From the NCBI GenBank assembly GCA_965658655.1, contig CBFHTA010000004.1, positions 1-50,901 on the forward strand: a stretch of DNA of 50,901 nucleotides. Direction: 5' to 3'. This document shows positions 1 to 9,976 of the stretch, one piece after another (the first letter of the stretch is position 1; each line of letters starts with the position of its first letter). The position numbers and the translations under genes are program-made. Below the pieces are notes generated by a model. The model ran no database searches. It worked only from the letters and a program-made list of their open reading frames with translations, and was not told the DNA's origin. Source of the DNA: Candidatus Babelota bacterium. GTDB lineage: Bacteria > Babelota > Babeliae > Babelales > CAIQNR01.

Positions 1-762
<762 letters not shown>

Positions 763-779
763 TTAAAAAGGACACAAAT

Positions 780-2207
780 ATGTTACCTATTATAATAATA
801 GCACTTGTATCGTTAAATGCCCTGCAAGCCTCAGAAGAAGTAGTATATTCAAACTACACCACTACCCTTCCACTGATGACACACATGAGACTTCAATGGC
901 CCTATAAAAATACTAAAGATATTGTCCACACCCATTCAGAAGCAGGTGAAATTTTTTTTAATAATTATCAGCTAACAGCTTCTACCGGAACAGATTCCGG
1001 TTCTTACTCAACTGTTACTTCTAAAAAAAACATATGTCTTGGTGGTGCTCAAAAAGGAGAAATTGAACTTCATACCTTTTTTTCAACACCAGTAGAAGGA
1101 ACAATTCAAATCATTGGTATAGGCAACGAAGAAAACGGCTATTTCTTTGGCTACAATGGAACAGACTTTGGTATTCTGCATAGGCATGGTGGGAAACAAC
1201 AAATCCATACACTCTCAATAAACAATGCACCTGAAAACAATGGTACCATTAATATTCAAATCAATAGCAAGCCTCCTGTAATCATTCCAATAAATGAAAC
1301 GGATTCCATTGGAGAAGTTACCAAAAAAATTGCAAACGCTGATTTTTCTTCAACAGGATTTTCTGCTCGTTATTACGGAGATAAAGTTATTTTCACAAGC
1401 GACCTCGCAGAATCATACACAGGAATATTCTCTGTAACCGAAACGGGTTTAATCAACAGCGTAGAAAGTTTTGTTCAAACTATTACAGGCGTCACCCCTC
1501 AAGAAGATTGGACACTACAAGATGATTGGAATATTCAATCTTTAAGTGACTTAGAACTTAACAAAGGACAAACGTTTTTAATTCTATGTGATGGTATAGG
1601 ATATGGATATACAAAATTTTCTATAAGAGACCCTTTTGAAGGATCAATTGTTAATGTACATACTCTCTCACACGGTCAAGATAGCACCACACCTTCTTTA
1701 AGCTCTCCCCTTCTTCCTCTCTCAATGAGCGTGAAGAATAACAACCAGAACAAAAACGTTTCTATAACCTGTGCTGCCATGAGCGCTTCTCTTCACGAAT
1801 CAAACATAGACTTTGGGACCACTATTCATACCTACAACCAGAAATCTCTTACAGCTTCAGAGAAAGTATTATTAGTATTACGAGCCCCATTACTAGATAA
1901 TAACCATGCCCCTATCACTTGCCCTAAAATTAAGTCGCTTGATTTTGGTGCTTCTAATAATTCAAACACCCTTTTGAAGGTTATTAAAAACCCCACTCTC
2001 AAAGGTACTCCTGTATTTACAACTATTGAAGAAAGCAATGGAGTAGAAGTTGATACTAACATCGATGAATACACAGGAGGAACTCTTGTCTATTCTGCTC
2101 TTGTTCCAAAATATACTCAAAAATATTACAATTTCGACCAATCGCTTACCCTAGAACCGGGAGACATACTTGCATTTGTAGGCAAAAATGCTAACGAAAT
2201 TACTTAA
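780..2207 (+). CDS. Exported beta-rich hypothetical protein, possibly structural or fibre-associated
   Basis: 475-aa ORF with an N-terminal signal peptide (MLPIIIIALVSLNALQA) and AAGGA upstream, 17 bp after the collagen gene. Confidence 0.75.
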   Translation: MLPIIIIALVSLNALQASEEVVYSNYTTTLPLMTHMRLQWPYKNTKDIVHTHSEAGEIFFNNYQLTASTGTDSGSYSTVTSKKNICLGGAQKGEIELHTFFSTPVEGTIQIIGIGNEENGYFFGYNGTDFGILHRHGGKQQIHTLSINNAPENNGTINIQINSKPPVIIPINETDSIGEVTKKIANADFSSTGFSARYYGDKVIFTSDLAESYTGIFSVTETGLINSVESFVQTITGVTPQEDWTLQDDWNIQSLSDLELNKGQTFLILCDGIGYGYTKFSIRDPFEGSIVNVHTLSHGQDSTTPSLSSPLLPLSMSVKNNNQNKNVSITCAAMSASLHESNIDFGTTIHTYNQKSLTASEKVLLVLRAPLLDNNHAPITCPKIKSLDFGASNNSNTLLKVIKNPTLKGTPVFTTIEESNGVEVDTNIDEYTGGTLVYSALVPKYTQKYYNFDQSLTLEPGDILAFVGKNANEIT

Positions 2208-2214
2208 AAAGTAA

Positions 2215-2264
2215 AGTTTTATCTTCTCTATGGCGCTATCAAACTAGATCAACTCATTGAATTT
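2215..2264 (+). repeat. 50-bp intergenic copy of dnaE 5' coding sequence (direct repeat with 4783-4832)
   Basis: agttttatcttctctatggcgctatcaaactagatcaactcattgaattt versus agttttctcttctcgatggcgctatcaaactagatcagctcattgaattt: 47/50 identical by manual alignment. Confidence 0.9.
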
Positions 2265-2406
2265 AAAATGCAATAAAAAACTTAAGCTCACCCCCCCCCA
2301 ATATAAGCTCATAGATAAACTTTCATTGCATTTAGCACCTCAGATTTTGTAAACTTAATATCAAGCTTAAAAATAGGTTTTGGGCAAATCTATAAATGGA
2401 GAGAAA

Positions 2407-4461
2407 ATGAAAAAGTTATTATTACTACTACTTTTAGGTGCAACAGTTAAAACACATACTGAAAATCTTGTTATTGATGGTCATACCATTAAAACTATTG
2501 GAACATTTACTACAAATGACACAGACCAGTGGAATCATGCTGATTGCTCTCGATGTACACTTGATACAAAACCTATTGGTGGACTTTTAACATGCTCTTG
2601 TTGGACGAATAAAGGAAAATACGAAAAAACAGGTATTTACCCTGCCTTAGAAACAGTTACGCCCGATGGCAAAAAATTTACTCCTGTCATAAAAAAAACA
2701 TCCGATGGAACACTAACGTTAGACAATACACCTTCTGGTAGCACTCTTCTAGAAACAGGTTATAACTCAACAAAATATTTAGTTTATGGAAGCTTTAATC
2801 AAAGCATGAAAAGCTGTGTGCTTGAACCTTTTACAGATTATGCTGGAGGCAATGTTTCAAATGGGACTATTATTTGTGAAGGGAAATATTCAGCATTCCC
2901 AGCACTTACAGCAGAGTCTCCTTATGGTGGAATGCATACTCCAATCTTTACCAATAGAAATATGAAACTTGTAGATACACATAAAAACGGTTCATATCTT
3001 TCATTACTAAATAAATTTTTTGGTGGAAACTGGGAAAATAGAGCAGGAGGTTGCTATTATTCTATTTATCAGTCTAAAAGATTCTTTACTCAATGTGACA
3101 CAGGCCATTGCCATAGGACAATTTCCAAAGGGGGAGCAGTTACAGCAACTATATTTTCCGGAGGAATATACGGCCTTGCCCATCTCAAAGGCACTAAATG
3201 TAATAATATGAATATAATAACAGTAGATTCAACTTTTAAGCGCCTGAGAGAAATATATAATATTGCTAATGGCTCAGGTTATTTAACATGGAAAACAAAA
3301 GTAGGCAATGACTGGGCCACTCGAATAGGATCAAAAATAAATGTTAGGAGTATTGACAATATTAAAAAGCTTTATCCTGGTAGCTGGTCTAAATCTTGTC
3401 ATTCATGCAAGATTGTCGATGATGAATTAAGCTGTATTTGCGCTAATGGAAAACCTAAAGGTAACAAAACAACAGTCAATTTCCCAGTGGGAACAACTCT
3501 TATCAATGAAAATGGAAACTTAATTCCAACGGTTTCTAACAAGATAAAAAAACTTTTTCATGGTAGTTGGTCTGAACATTGTTATGCATGTGATTACCAC
3601 GATGATACATTAAGCTGCACCTGTCTTAATGGACAAGGTAAAGGCAACAAAACAACTGTCAAAGTTCCACATGGAACAACTCTTTGGAATGACAATGGAA
3701 ACTTAATGGCAACGGTTTCTAATAAGATCAAAAGACTTTTTCCTGGTAGTTGGTCTGAACATTGTTATGCATGTGATTACCACGATGATACATTAAGCTG
3801 CACCTGTTTTAATGAACAAGGTAGAGGTAGAAAGACAACTGTTAAAACCCCACCTCGAACAACTCTTATCAATGACGATGGAAGACTATTTGTAAGGGTT
3901 TCTAATAAGAAAAAAATTGAAGAACTTTTTCCTGGTAGCTGGTCTAAATCTTGTCATTCATGCAAGCTTTTCAGAGATGAATTAACCTGCATTTGCGCTA
4001 ATGGAAAACCTAAAGGCAACAAAACAACTGTCAAAGTTCCACATGGAACAACTCTTATCAATGACAATGGAAACTTAATTACAACGGTTTCTAACAAGAT
4101 AAAAAGACTTTTTCCTGGTAGCTGGTCTGAACATTGTTATGCATGTAACTACCACGATGATAGATTAAGATGTGTCTGTCGTGATGACCACGGTGAAGGT
4201 AGAAGGACCACCCTTAGAACCCCACCTGGAACAACTCTTGTGAATGACAGTGGAAGACTATTTGCAACGGCTTCAAACAAGAAAAAAATTGAAGAACTTT
4301 TTCCTGGCAGCTGGTCTAAATCTTGTCATTCATGCAAGTTTTTCAAAGATGAATTAAGCTGCACCTGTCTTGATAGACAAGGTAAAAGCAAAAAAACAAC
4401 TGTCAAAGCTTCACCTGGAACAACTCTTGTGAATGACAACGGAAAACTTAAAAAAGAGTAA
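2407..4461 (+). CDS. Secreted cysteine-rich protein with tandem cyanovirin-N/CVNH-like repeats (putative lectin)
   Basis: ATG at 2407 after GGAGAG, signal peptide MKKLLLLLLLGA. Six repeats follow the pattern GSWSxxCxxC-x6-LxCxC-x3-G-x4-TTV-x6-TLxNxxGxL, resembling the CVNH half-domain (FSxTC...LTSTC...ENVDGSL). Degenerate copies lie N-terminally. Confidence 0.8.
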   Translation: MKKLLLLLLLGATVKTHTENLVIDGHTIKTIGTFTTNDTDQWNHADCSRCTLDTKPIGGLLTCSCWTNKGKYEKTGIYPALETVTPDGKKFTPVIKKTSDGTLTLDNTPSGSTLLETGYNSTKYLVYGSFNQSMKSCVLEPFTDYAGGNVSNGTIICEGKYSAFPALTAESPYGGMHTPIFTNRNMKLVDTHKNGSYLSLLNKFFGGNWENRAGGCYYSIYQSKRFFTQCDTGHCHRTISKGGAVTATIFSGGIYGLAHLKGTKCNNMNIITVDSTFKRLREIYNIANGSGYLTWKTKVGNDWATRIGSKINVRSIDNIKKLYPGSWSKSCHSCKIVDDELSCICANGKPKGNKTTVNFPVGTTLINENGNLIPTVSNKIKKLFHGSWSEHCYACDYHDDTLSCTCLNGQGKGNKTTVKVPHGTTLWNDNGNLMATVSNKIKRLFPGSWSEHCYACDYHDDTLSCTCFNEQGRGRKTTVKTPPRTTLINDDGRLFVRVSNKKKIEELFPGSWSKSCHSCKLFRDELTCICANGKPKGNKTTVKVPHGTTLINDNGNLITTVSNKIKRLFPGSWSEHCYACNYHDDRLRCVCRDDHGEGRRTTLRTPPGTTLVNDSGRLFATASNKKKIEELFPGSWSKSCHSCKFFKDELSCTCLDRQGKSKKTTVKASPGTTLVNDNGKLKKE
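3361..4458 (+). repeat. Six tandem 183/189-bp coding repeats
   Basis: The GSW codons start at 3379, 3562, 3745, 3934, 4117 and 4306 (spacings 183, 183, 189, 183, 189). Confidence 0.95.
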
Positions 4462-4480
4462 TTAAGATTAAATCAACCGA

Positions 4481-4524
4481 ATATAAGCTCTAAGTAAACT
4501 TTTTGTTTTACTTAGAGCTTATAT
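4481..4524 (+). terminator. Long-stem hairpin, likely intrinsic terminator
   Basis: 18-bp perfect inverted repeat atataagctctaagtaaa / tttacttagagcttatat followed by a T run, 20 bp after the stop at 4461. Confidence 0.75.
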
Positions 4525-4708
4525 TTTTCAAATTAAATATTAAGTATAAAAAGAGATTACAATTATAAAAAATGAAGAAAAAATAAAAACATTGAAAATT
4601 GATCATCGTTCAAATGCTTCAAGATGAAAAATAAGAGTCAACCCATCCGAATGGACCGATCCCATTGAATAGATAATACATATTTATTCTAAACTCATCA
4701 CAAAACTA

Positions 4709-4736
4709 TTGCGCAAATTCCCTACTTACGTAAACT
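4709..4736 (+). promoter_or_regulatory. Candidate sigma70 promoter of dnaE
   Basis: TTGCGC-16 bp-TAAACT immediately before the ATGs at 4740 and 4746. No Shine-Dalgarno sequence is visible. Confidence 0.4.
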
Positions 4737-4739
4737 AGA

Positions 4740-7700
4740 ATGACTATGGAACAACATTTTACTCACCTTCACCTTCATACAGAGTTTTCTCTTCTCGATG
4801 GCGCTATCAAACTAGATCAGCTCATTGAATTTGGAAAAGCACACAATTTAAAAGCTTTAGCAATTACCGATCATGGTAATATCTTTGGTGCAGTAAAGTT
4901 TTTCCAAAAATGCAAGAAGGCGGGAATCAAACCAATTCTTGGAATGGAAGCATACATCACAGAAGATGCAGCTGTTCGATCTGTTGATAATAAATATTAT
5001 CACATGGTAATTCTTGTTCAGAACGAAACTGGGTACAAAAATTTATGTAAATTAATCGCCTTCTCTTTTAAAGAAGGTTTTTATTTTAAACCTCGCATCG
5101 ACTACAAAATTCTTAAGAAACACTCAGAAGGTCTCATTGTTACGTCTGCTTGCTTAGGTGGACACATTCCACAACTGTATAAACGTGGAGACATCGAAGG
5201 TGTTAATAAACAAATTGACTGGTTCCTAGATGTCTTTGGCAAAGAACGATTTTATTTAGAAGTGCAACCAGAAGACCAAGAAGAGCAAAAAGTTCTTAAC
5301 CAACATTTATATAAGCTAGCAAAAGAACGAGATCTCAATCTGCTCGCTGCTGGTGATTGCCACTACCCTACACTTGATGATCATCAAGCACACGAAGTGA
5401 TGCTAAATATTCAAACACACGGCAAACTAAGCGATCCTGACAGATATACATTTGGTGATTGTAGAACTTATATTCGCACACCAAAGAAAATGCTCGAAGA
5501 ATTTAGTGAACATCCAGAAGCGGTATGGAACGCCGGTAAAATTGCAGACATGTGCGATTTTGATTTTGAAATGGGCGTATTACACTTTCCAAACTTTCCC
5601 GTTCCAGAACAGTACACAGAAGAATCCTACTTTATACATCTTTGTAAACAAGGATTAGAACTTCTTTTTCAAAAAGGTTTTATTGCCGAAGAAAATCGTG
5701 AAAAATATCATGCACGGTTGGATCTTGAAATTGATTTGATTATTAAGATGGGTTACGTAGGTTACTTCTTGGTGGTGGGTGATTTTATTCAATGGGCAAA
5801 GAAAGAAAAAATTCCGGTTGGTCCCGGTCGAGGTTCTGCTGCGGGTGCACTCGTTGCATGGGCATTACAAATTACTAATATTGATCCTCTAAAATACAAT
5901 TTACTCTTTGAACGGTTCTTGAATCCAGAGCGTGTGTCTATGCCTGATATCGATATCGATTTTTGCATTGAAGGTAGAGAAAAAGTAATCGATTATGTAC
6001 GTGATTTCTATGGACACGACAATGTATGCCAAATCATAACCTTTGGTACCATGATGGCAAAAGGTGTTTTAAAAGACGTTGCACGCGTACTATCTATACC
6101 CTTTGAAGATGCGAATGCTCTTACAAGTTTAATTCCTAATCAATTAAATATTTCGCTCAAAGAAGCAAAAGAACAAGAACCTCGATTGCAAGATATGATC
6201 GACGGCAATCCACAAGTTGCTCAATTATTTGAAATTGCAGAACGACTCGAAGGATTAACACGACACGCATCAAAACATGCAGCCGGCATTGTAATCTCTC
6301 CCGAACGTATCGACGATGTATTACCCGTCTATATACCAGCTAAAACAAACGATCTAGTTACGCAATATGCCATGACAGAGCTAGAAAGCATCGGTTATTT
6401 AAAGATGGATTTCTTGGGTCTCAAAACACTTACACTGATTGATCGCACCGTAAAAATGATTGAAAAAAATCATGGCAAAAAAATTGACATCGACATGCTT
6501 CCACTTGATGATGAAAAAACATTTGCATTAATTTGCGCAGGAAATACATCTGGTGTATTTCAACTTGAATCTGAAGGTCTAAAAGAAGTATTACGAAAAC
6601 TACAACCTGATAAATTCGAAGATATTATTGCTGTTAACGCGCTGTATCGTCCAGGTCCACTTGGTTCTGGAATGGTAGACGATTACATTGAACGTCGGCA
6701 TGGCAGACAAAAAGTTACGTACTTATTACCCCAGCTCGAAGAAATTCTTGAAGAAACCTATGGGGTTATTGTGTATCAAGAACAGGTTATGAAAATTGCT
6801 TCTAATGTTGGTGGATACTCACTTGGAGAAGCAGATATTCTGCGTCGAGCAATGGGTAAGAAAAAAGTAGAAGTAATGGCTGAACAAGAAAAAATATTTG
6901 TTCAAAAATCTCAAGAACGCAACATAGATCCTAAAAAAGCAAAAGAACTTTTTGACCTCATGGCTTACTTTGCCGGTTACGGTTTTAACAAATCTCACTC
7001 TGCCGCATACGCTCTGCTTGCCTATCAAACAGCTTATTTAAAGGCTAATTACCCAGCTGAATTTATGGCTTGCTTAATTTCTTTAGAAGCAACAAACGCA
7101 GAAAAAATGTCCTTCTATTTGGAAGAAGCAAAACAGATGGAGATCGAGATTCTGCCACCAGACATTAACAAATCAGAAATTAATTTTAGTGTACACAATG
7201 GAACTATTCTTTTTGGTCTTCAAGGTATTAAAAATGTTGGTTTATCAGCACTACAAAATATTTTAGAAAAACGAGAAGAAAATCCATTCAACGATCTCTT
7301 AGACTTGTGTGTACGTGTTGATTTACGTACCGTTAACAAACGGGTACTTGAACATTTAACGTACGCCGGAGCGTTTGATAATCTGCCAGGCAATAGAGCA
7401 CAAAAAACTGCTGAAATTGGTATGATAGTTGATACTGCTGTCGATAAAAAACATGCCATTGAAACTGGACAAATGGGGCTCTTTGATGCGCCTACAGAAA
7501 AAGATGGTAGAGTTGACCCATACGTGTATCAACCCCTTGCACCGTGGACAGACAAAGAAAAGTTAGCAAAGGAATTAGACGTTGTTGGCTTTTATCTCAG
7601 TGCTCATCCGCTGGATGGTTACAAAAAACAATTAAAACGTTTAAACATGCAAACCTTTGCAAAATCTCATGAAAAAGCACAACAAGCAAACACCTTAAAA

Positions 7701-8186
7701 GATATTCCTATTGCAGGATTTGGCCTATTAAAAGGTAAGCGAATCATTAACACCAAAAAAGGTGACCGTATGGCGTTTGTACAGATAGAAGATTACAGCT
7801 CAAGCGCAGAAATTGTCGTGTTTCCTTCTGTTTTTAAAAAAATAGAGTCGTGGCTCGATGAATACACAGTGTTTGTTGTAAAAGGCAATGCAGACTTGGG
7901 TAGCCCAGGTAAATGTAAAATCTTGGCAAACGAAATGGTGCCATTGGAATTGCTCTTTCAAGAATGGAAGCAGTTCTCTTCTATCACCCTTTTGATGCCA
8001 GCCAAAGAAATTCCTGATTTAGAAAAAATCCAGGAGCTGTTACCAAAAGGAAAAGCTCCGTTGCATATCGTATTTCAAGAAAATGGGAAATTATTAAAAC
8101 TAAAAACTAAGCGTGCTATCTCTTTAGATCTCCCCCTGATTGAGCAGCTAGAAGGCTTAGATGTTAAGGTTCAACTGCAGGCTTAA
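4740..8186 (+). CDS. dnaE: DNA polymerase III subunit alpha
   Basis: PHP motifs HLHLHTEFSLLDG and TDHGN, plus GPGRGSAAG, catalytic PDIDIDF, KMDFLGL, YGFNKSH and a C-terminal OB fold. The start may be 4746. Confidence 0.98.
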   Translation: MTMEQHFTHLHLHTEFSLLDGAIKLDQLIEFGKAHNLKALAITDHGNIFGAVKFFQKCKKAGIKPILGMEAYITEDAAVRSVDNKYYHMVILVQNETGYKNLCKLIAFSFKEGFYFKPRIDYKILKKHSEGLIVTSACLGGHIPQLYKRGDIEGVNKQIDWFLDVFGKERFYLEVQPEDQEEQKVLNQHLYKLAKERDLNLLAAGDCHYPTLDDHQAHEVMLNIQTHGKLSDPDRYTFGDCRTYIRTPKKMLEEFSEHPEAVWNAGKIADMCDFDFEMGVLHFPNFPVPEQYTEESYFIHLCKQGLELLFQKGFIAEENREKYHARLDLEIDLIIKMGYVGYFLVVGDFIQWAKKEKIPVGPGRGSAAGALVAWALQITNIDPLKYNLLFERFLNPERVSMPDIDIDFCIEGREKVIDYVRDFYGHDNVCQIITFGTMMAKGVLKDVARVLSIPFEDANALTSLIPNQLNISLKEAKEQEPRLQDMIDGNPQVAQLFEIAERLEGLTRHASKHAAGIVISPERIDDVLPVYIPAKTNDLVTQYAMTELESIGYLKMDFLGLKTLTLIDRTVKMIEKNHGKKIDIDMLPLDDEKTFALICAGNTSGVFQLESEGLKEVLRKLQPDKFEDIIAVNALYRPGPLGSGMVDDYIERRHGRQKVTYLLPQLEEILEETYGVIVYQEQVMKIASNVGGYSLGEADILRRAMGKKKVEVMAEQEKIFVQKSQERNIDPKKAKELFDLMAYFAGYGFNKSHSAAYALLAYQTAYLKANYPAEFMACLISLEATNAEKMSFYLEEAKQMEIEILPPDINKSEINFSVHNGTILFGLQGIKNVGLSALQNILEKREENPFNDLLDLCVRVDLRTVNKRVLEHLTYAGAFDNLPGNRAQKTAEIGMIVDTAVDKKHAIETGQMGLFDAPTEKDGRVDPYVYQPLAPWTDKEKLAKELDVVGFYLSAHPLDGYKKQLKRLNMQTFAKSHEKAQQANTLKDIPIAGFGLLKGKRIINTKKGDRMAFVQIEDYSSSAEIVVFPSVFKKIESWLDEYTVFVVKGNADLGSPGKCKILANEMVPLELLFQEWKQFSSITLLMPAKEIPDLEKIQELLPKGKAPLHIVFQENGKLLKLKTKRAISLDLPLIEQLEGLDVKVQLQA

Positions 8187-8826
8187 TCTTTAGTATAAGA
8201 TTTGATTGCAAGTGTAGAAAAAAAGGTCCCAGTTCGACTTTTTCTGGCGACCAATGTTCTTCAGGATCAACCGGTATTGGAGAATCGAGCTCTTCGTACT
8301 CATACTTTTTACAGTTGAAATTTTTCTTTGGCTCATACTCATCCTCTTTCAATCCTTCCACTTGCCGACATTCTTTATCTCTATAGCTATCGACCACTAA
8401 CTCAAGACATGTTTTTTTCGCTAAAATAAATTCCTTACCATCTTCATCATCACTCACCAAATCATCACCATCGAATTTTTGGTTGCAGTTAAATATCCAT
8501 TGCGAAACAGTATACTTTGATCCATTAAAACGCACGGCATGATCACTAAATTTAGCTCCTAATGAATGCAACACCTGTATAGACTTAGGTTTTGCTTTTG
8601 CACAAGCAAAACCAAGAGACGAATACTGAACATTTTGGGAATCTTTATATATCCATTTTGAACTTAAACCAGGATAAGCTAAGCGTATGTTTTTTTCGTT
8701 TTCATCATCAATACTCATTCTCAAAAAGGCCTTGTATTCCCCTTGACTCGGCAATACTTCCATTATAAAAAAAGAAATACAAAAACAGAAAAACCAAAAA
8801 AATAAAAAACGCATAATACATCTCAT
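8164..8826 (-). CDS. Exported hypothetical protein with a single ankyrin-like motif
   Basis: Hydrophobic N-terminus (likely start 8814). SSLGFACAKAKPKSIQVLHSLGA fits an ankyrin repeat pattern. Acidic C-terminus; overlaps the dnaE 3' end by 23 bp. Confidence 0.6.
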   Translation of the reverse strand: MRCIMRFLFFWFFCFCISFFIMEVLPSQGEYKAFLRMSIDDENEKNIRLAYPGLSSKWIYKDSQNVQYSSLGFACAKAKPKSIQVLHSLGAKFSDHAVRFNGSKYTVSQWIFNCNQKFDGDDLVSDDEDGKEFILAKKTCLELVVDSYRDKECRQVEGLKEDEYEPKKNFNCKKYEYEELDSPIPVDPEEHWSPEKVELGPFFLHLQSNLILKIKPAVEP

Positions 8827-8898
8827 TAAAATGATTTATCAAAGTATTTACGACTTATTTTATCAGTCTAGTTAACAAGATTATTAAATCAATGAGTA

Positions 8899-9159
8899 TT
8901 ATTTGAGCCTGCTTCTTACAGCAATATCAAAGCATTTTTCAAAACGTTCTTTTGCTTTAAGGCTTTTATAAGTCTTATGTGCTTTTTTAAAAACATAGAT
9001 AAACTCTTTTTTTTGAGTTGCTTTTTCTTTGCAATTAGCGTGACCTGCTTCTTTACAAGCTTTAGTAATAGTTGAACTAGTATATTTGGGTTCTTCTTTA
9101 GCAGACAAACTAAAAGTAGAAATAAACAAAACAATAGAAAGTACTACTTTTTTATTCAT
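8899..9159 (-). CDS. Small exported basic hypothetical protein
   Basis: GGAGG before ATG at 9159, signal peptide MNKKVVLSIVLFISTFSLSA. Confidence 0.75.
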   Translation of the reverse strand: MNKKVVLSIVLFISTFSLSAKEEPKYTSSTITKACKEAGHANCKEKATQKKEFIYVFKKAHKTYKSLKAKERFEKCFDIAVRSRLK

Positions 9160-9185
9160 TTCTACCTCCAATTATTTAAAAAATA

Positions 9186-9665
9186 TTATTTCATATCCAT
9201 GTAGTCTTTAATCTGTGGGTTATATTCTTGTTCATATTGGTCATAAAGCTTTTTCTCAAGAAAATCTTTCTTATTTCCTAAAAATAGCTTGTCACCACTT
9301 CGAGGAACCACAACTACAGCATAATTACGAGGAGCATTAAAGTTTAAAATCCTCTTTTTTTCACTAAATCGAACAACAGGACCATCTTCTATATGCATAC
9401 ATTGGCAAATCAACATGCCATTAACACAATGACAATCATGGCACTTCTCCATTCCCATAGACTTGAAATTCTTAGGATTATTCATTAATGTACATAGTTT
9501 TTGTGTAAATTTTTTATCTGCATGAGTTTTATCAGGAGTGGTTTTTTGTTTTAGTTCTAGTACCCCATGATCAAAATATCCTGGAGATGGGTCCATGGGT
9601 CCATCAGGCGCAGGCATACCACCTACCATCAATAAAAATGCACTCACTAATAATAATTTCTTCAT
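9186..9665 (-). CDS. Exported protein with one degenerate CVNH-like Cys motif
   Basis: GGAGG before ATG at 9665, signal MKKLLLVSAFLLMVGGMPA, motif CHDCHCVNGMLICQC (CxxC-x6-LxCxC). Confidence 0.75.
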   Translation of the reverse strand: MKKLLLVSAFLLMVGGMPAPDGPMDPSPGYFDHGVLELKQKTTPDKTHADKKFTQKLCTLMNNPKNFKSMGMEKCHDCHCVNGMLICQCMHIEDGPVVRFSEKKRILNFNAPRNYAVVVVPRSGDKLFLGNKKDFLEKKLYDQYEQEYNPQIKDYMDMK

Positions 9666-9976
9666 TATATAACCTCCTATAATTACATACTTACCTCCAT
9701 GATAAGCTTGAATTATAAGAATACCACACCTCCAACGCCAGAAACAAGAGTTTTCCAACCTAAAGGGCATATCGCGCCTATTTAAAGATAAACACCCTTT
9801 CTATAAAACATATTAATCAAATCTATTGCTTTCAAATGATCCAATTTGCTATCCTAATTATTCAATAGTTTAATTAAGCTCGCATTGAGTTAAAAATTTG
9901 GAGGTTTAAAATGAAGAAATTATTATTAGTTAGTGCATTTTTATTGATGGTAGGTGGTATGCCTGCTACTGATGGA
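9600..9976. repeat. 66-bp inverted repeat (9600-9665 / 9911-9976) encoding duplicated signal peptides
   Basis: 63/66 nt identical by manual alignment. Both arms are preceded by GGAGGTT; the spacer is 245 bp. Confidence 0.92.
9826..9855 (+). promoter_or_regulatory. Candidate extended -10 promoter of the 9911 gene
   Basis: TTGCTT-18 bp-TATCCT with TGn preceding the -10 box. Confidence 0.4.

Noticed and set aside
2291..2299. C9 homopolymer upstream of the CVNH-like gene as a phase-variation tract
   Set aside because: I could not place it between credible -35 and -10 boxes, so there is no support without read data.
4740..8186. Intein or split in dnaE
   Set aside because: Normal length and continuous motifs, with no splice or endonuclease motifs.
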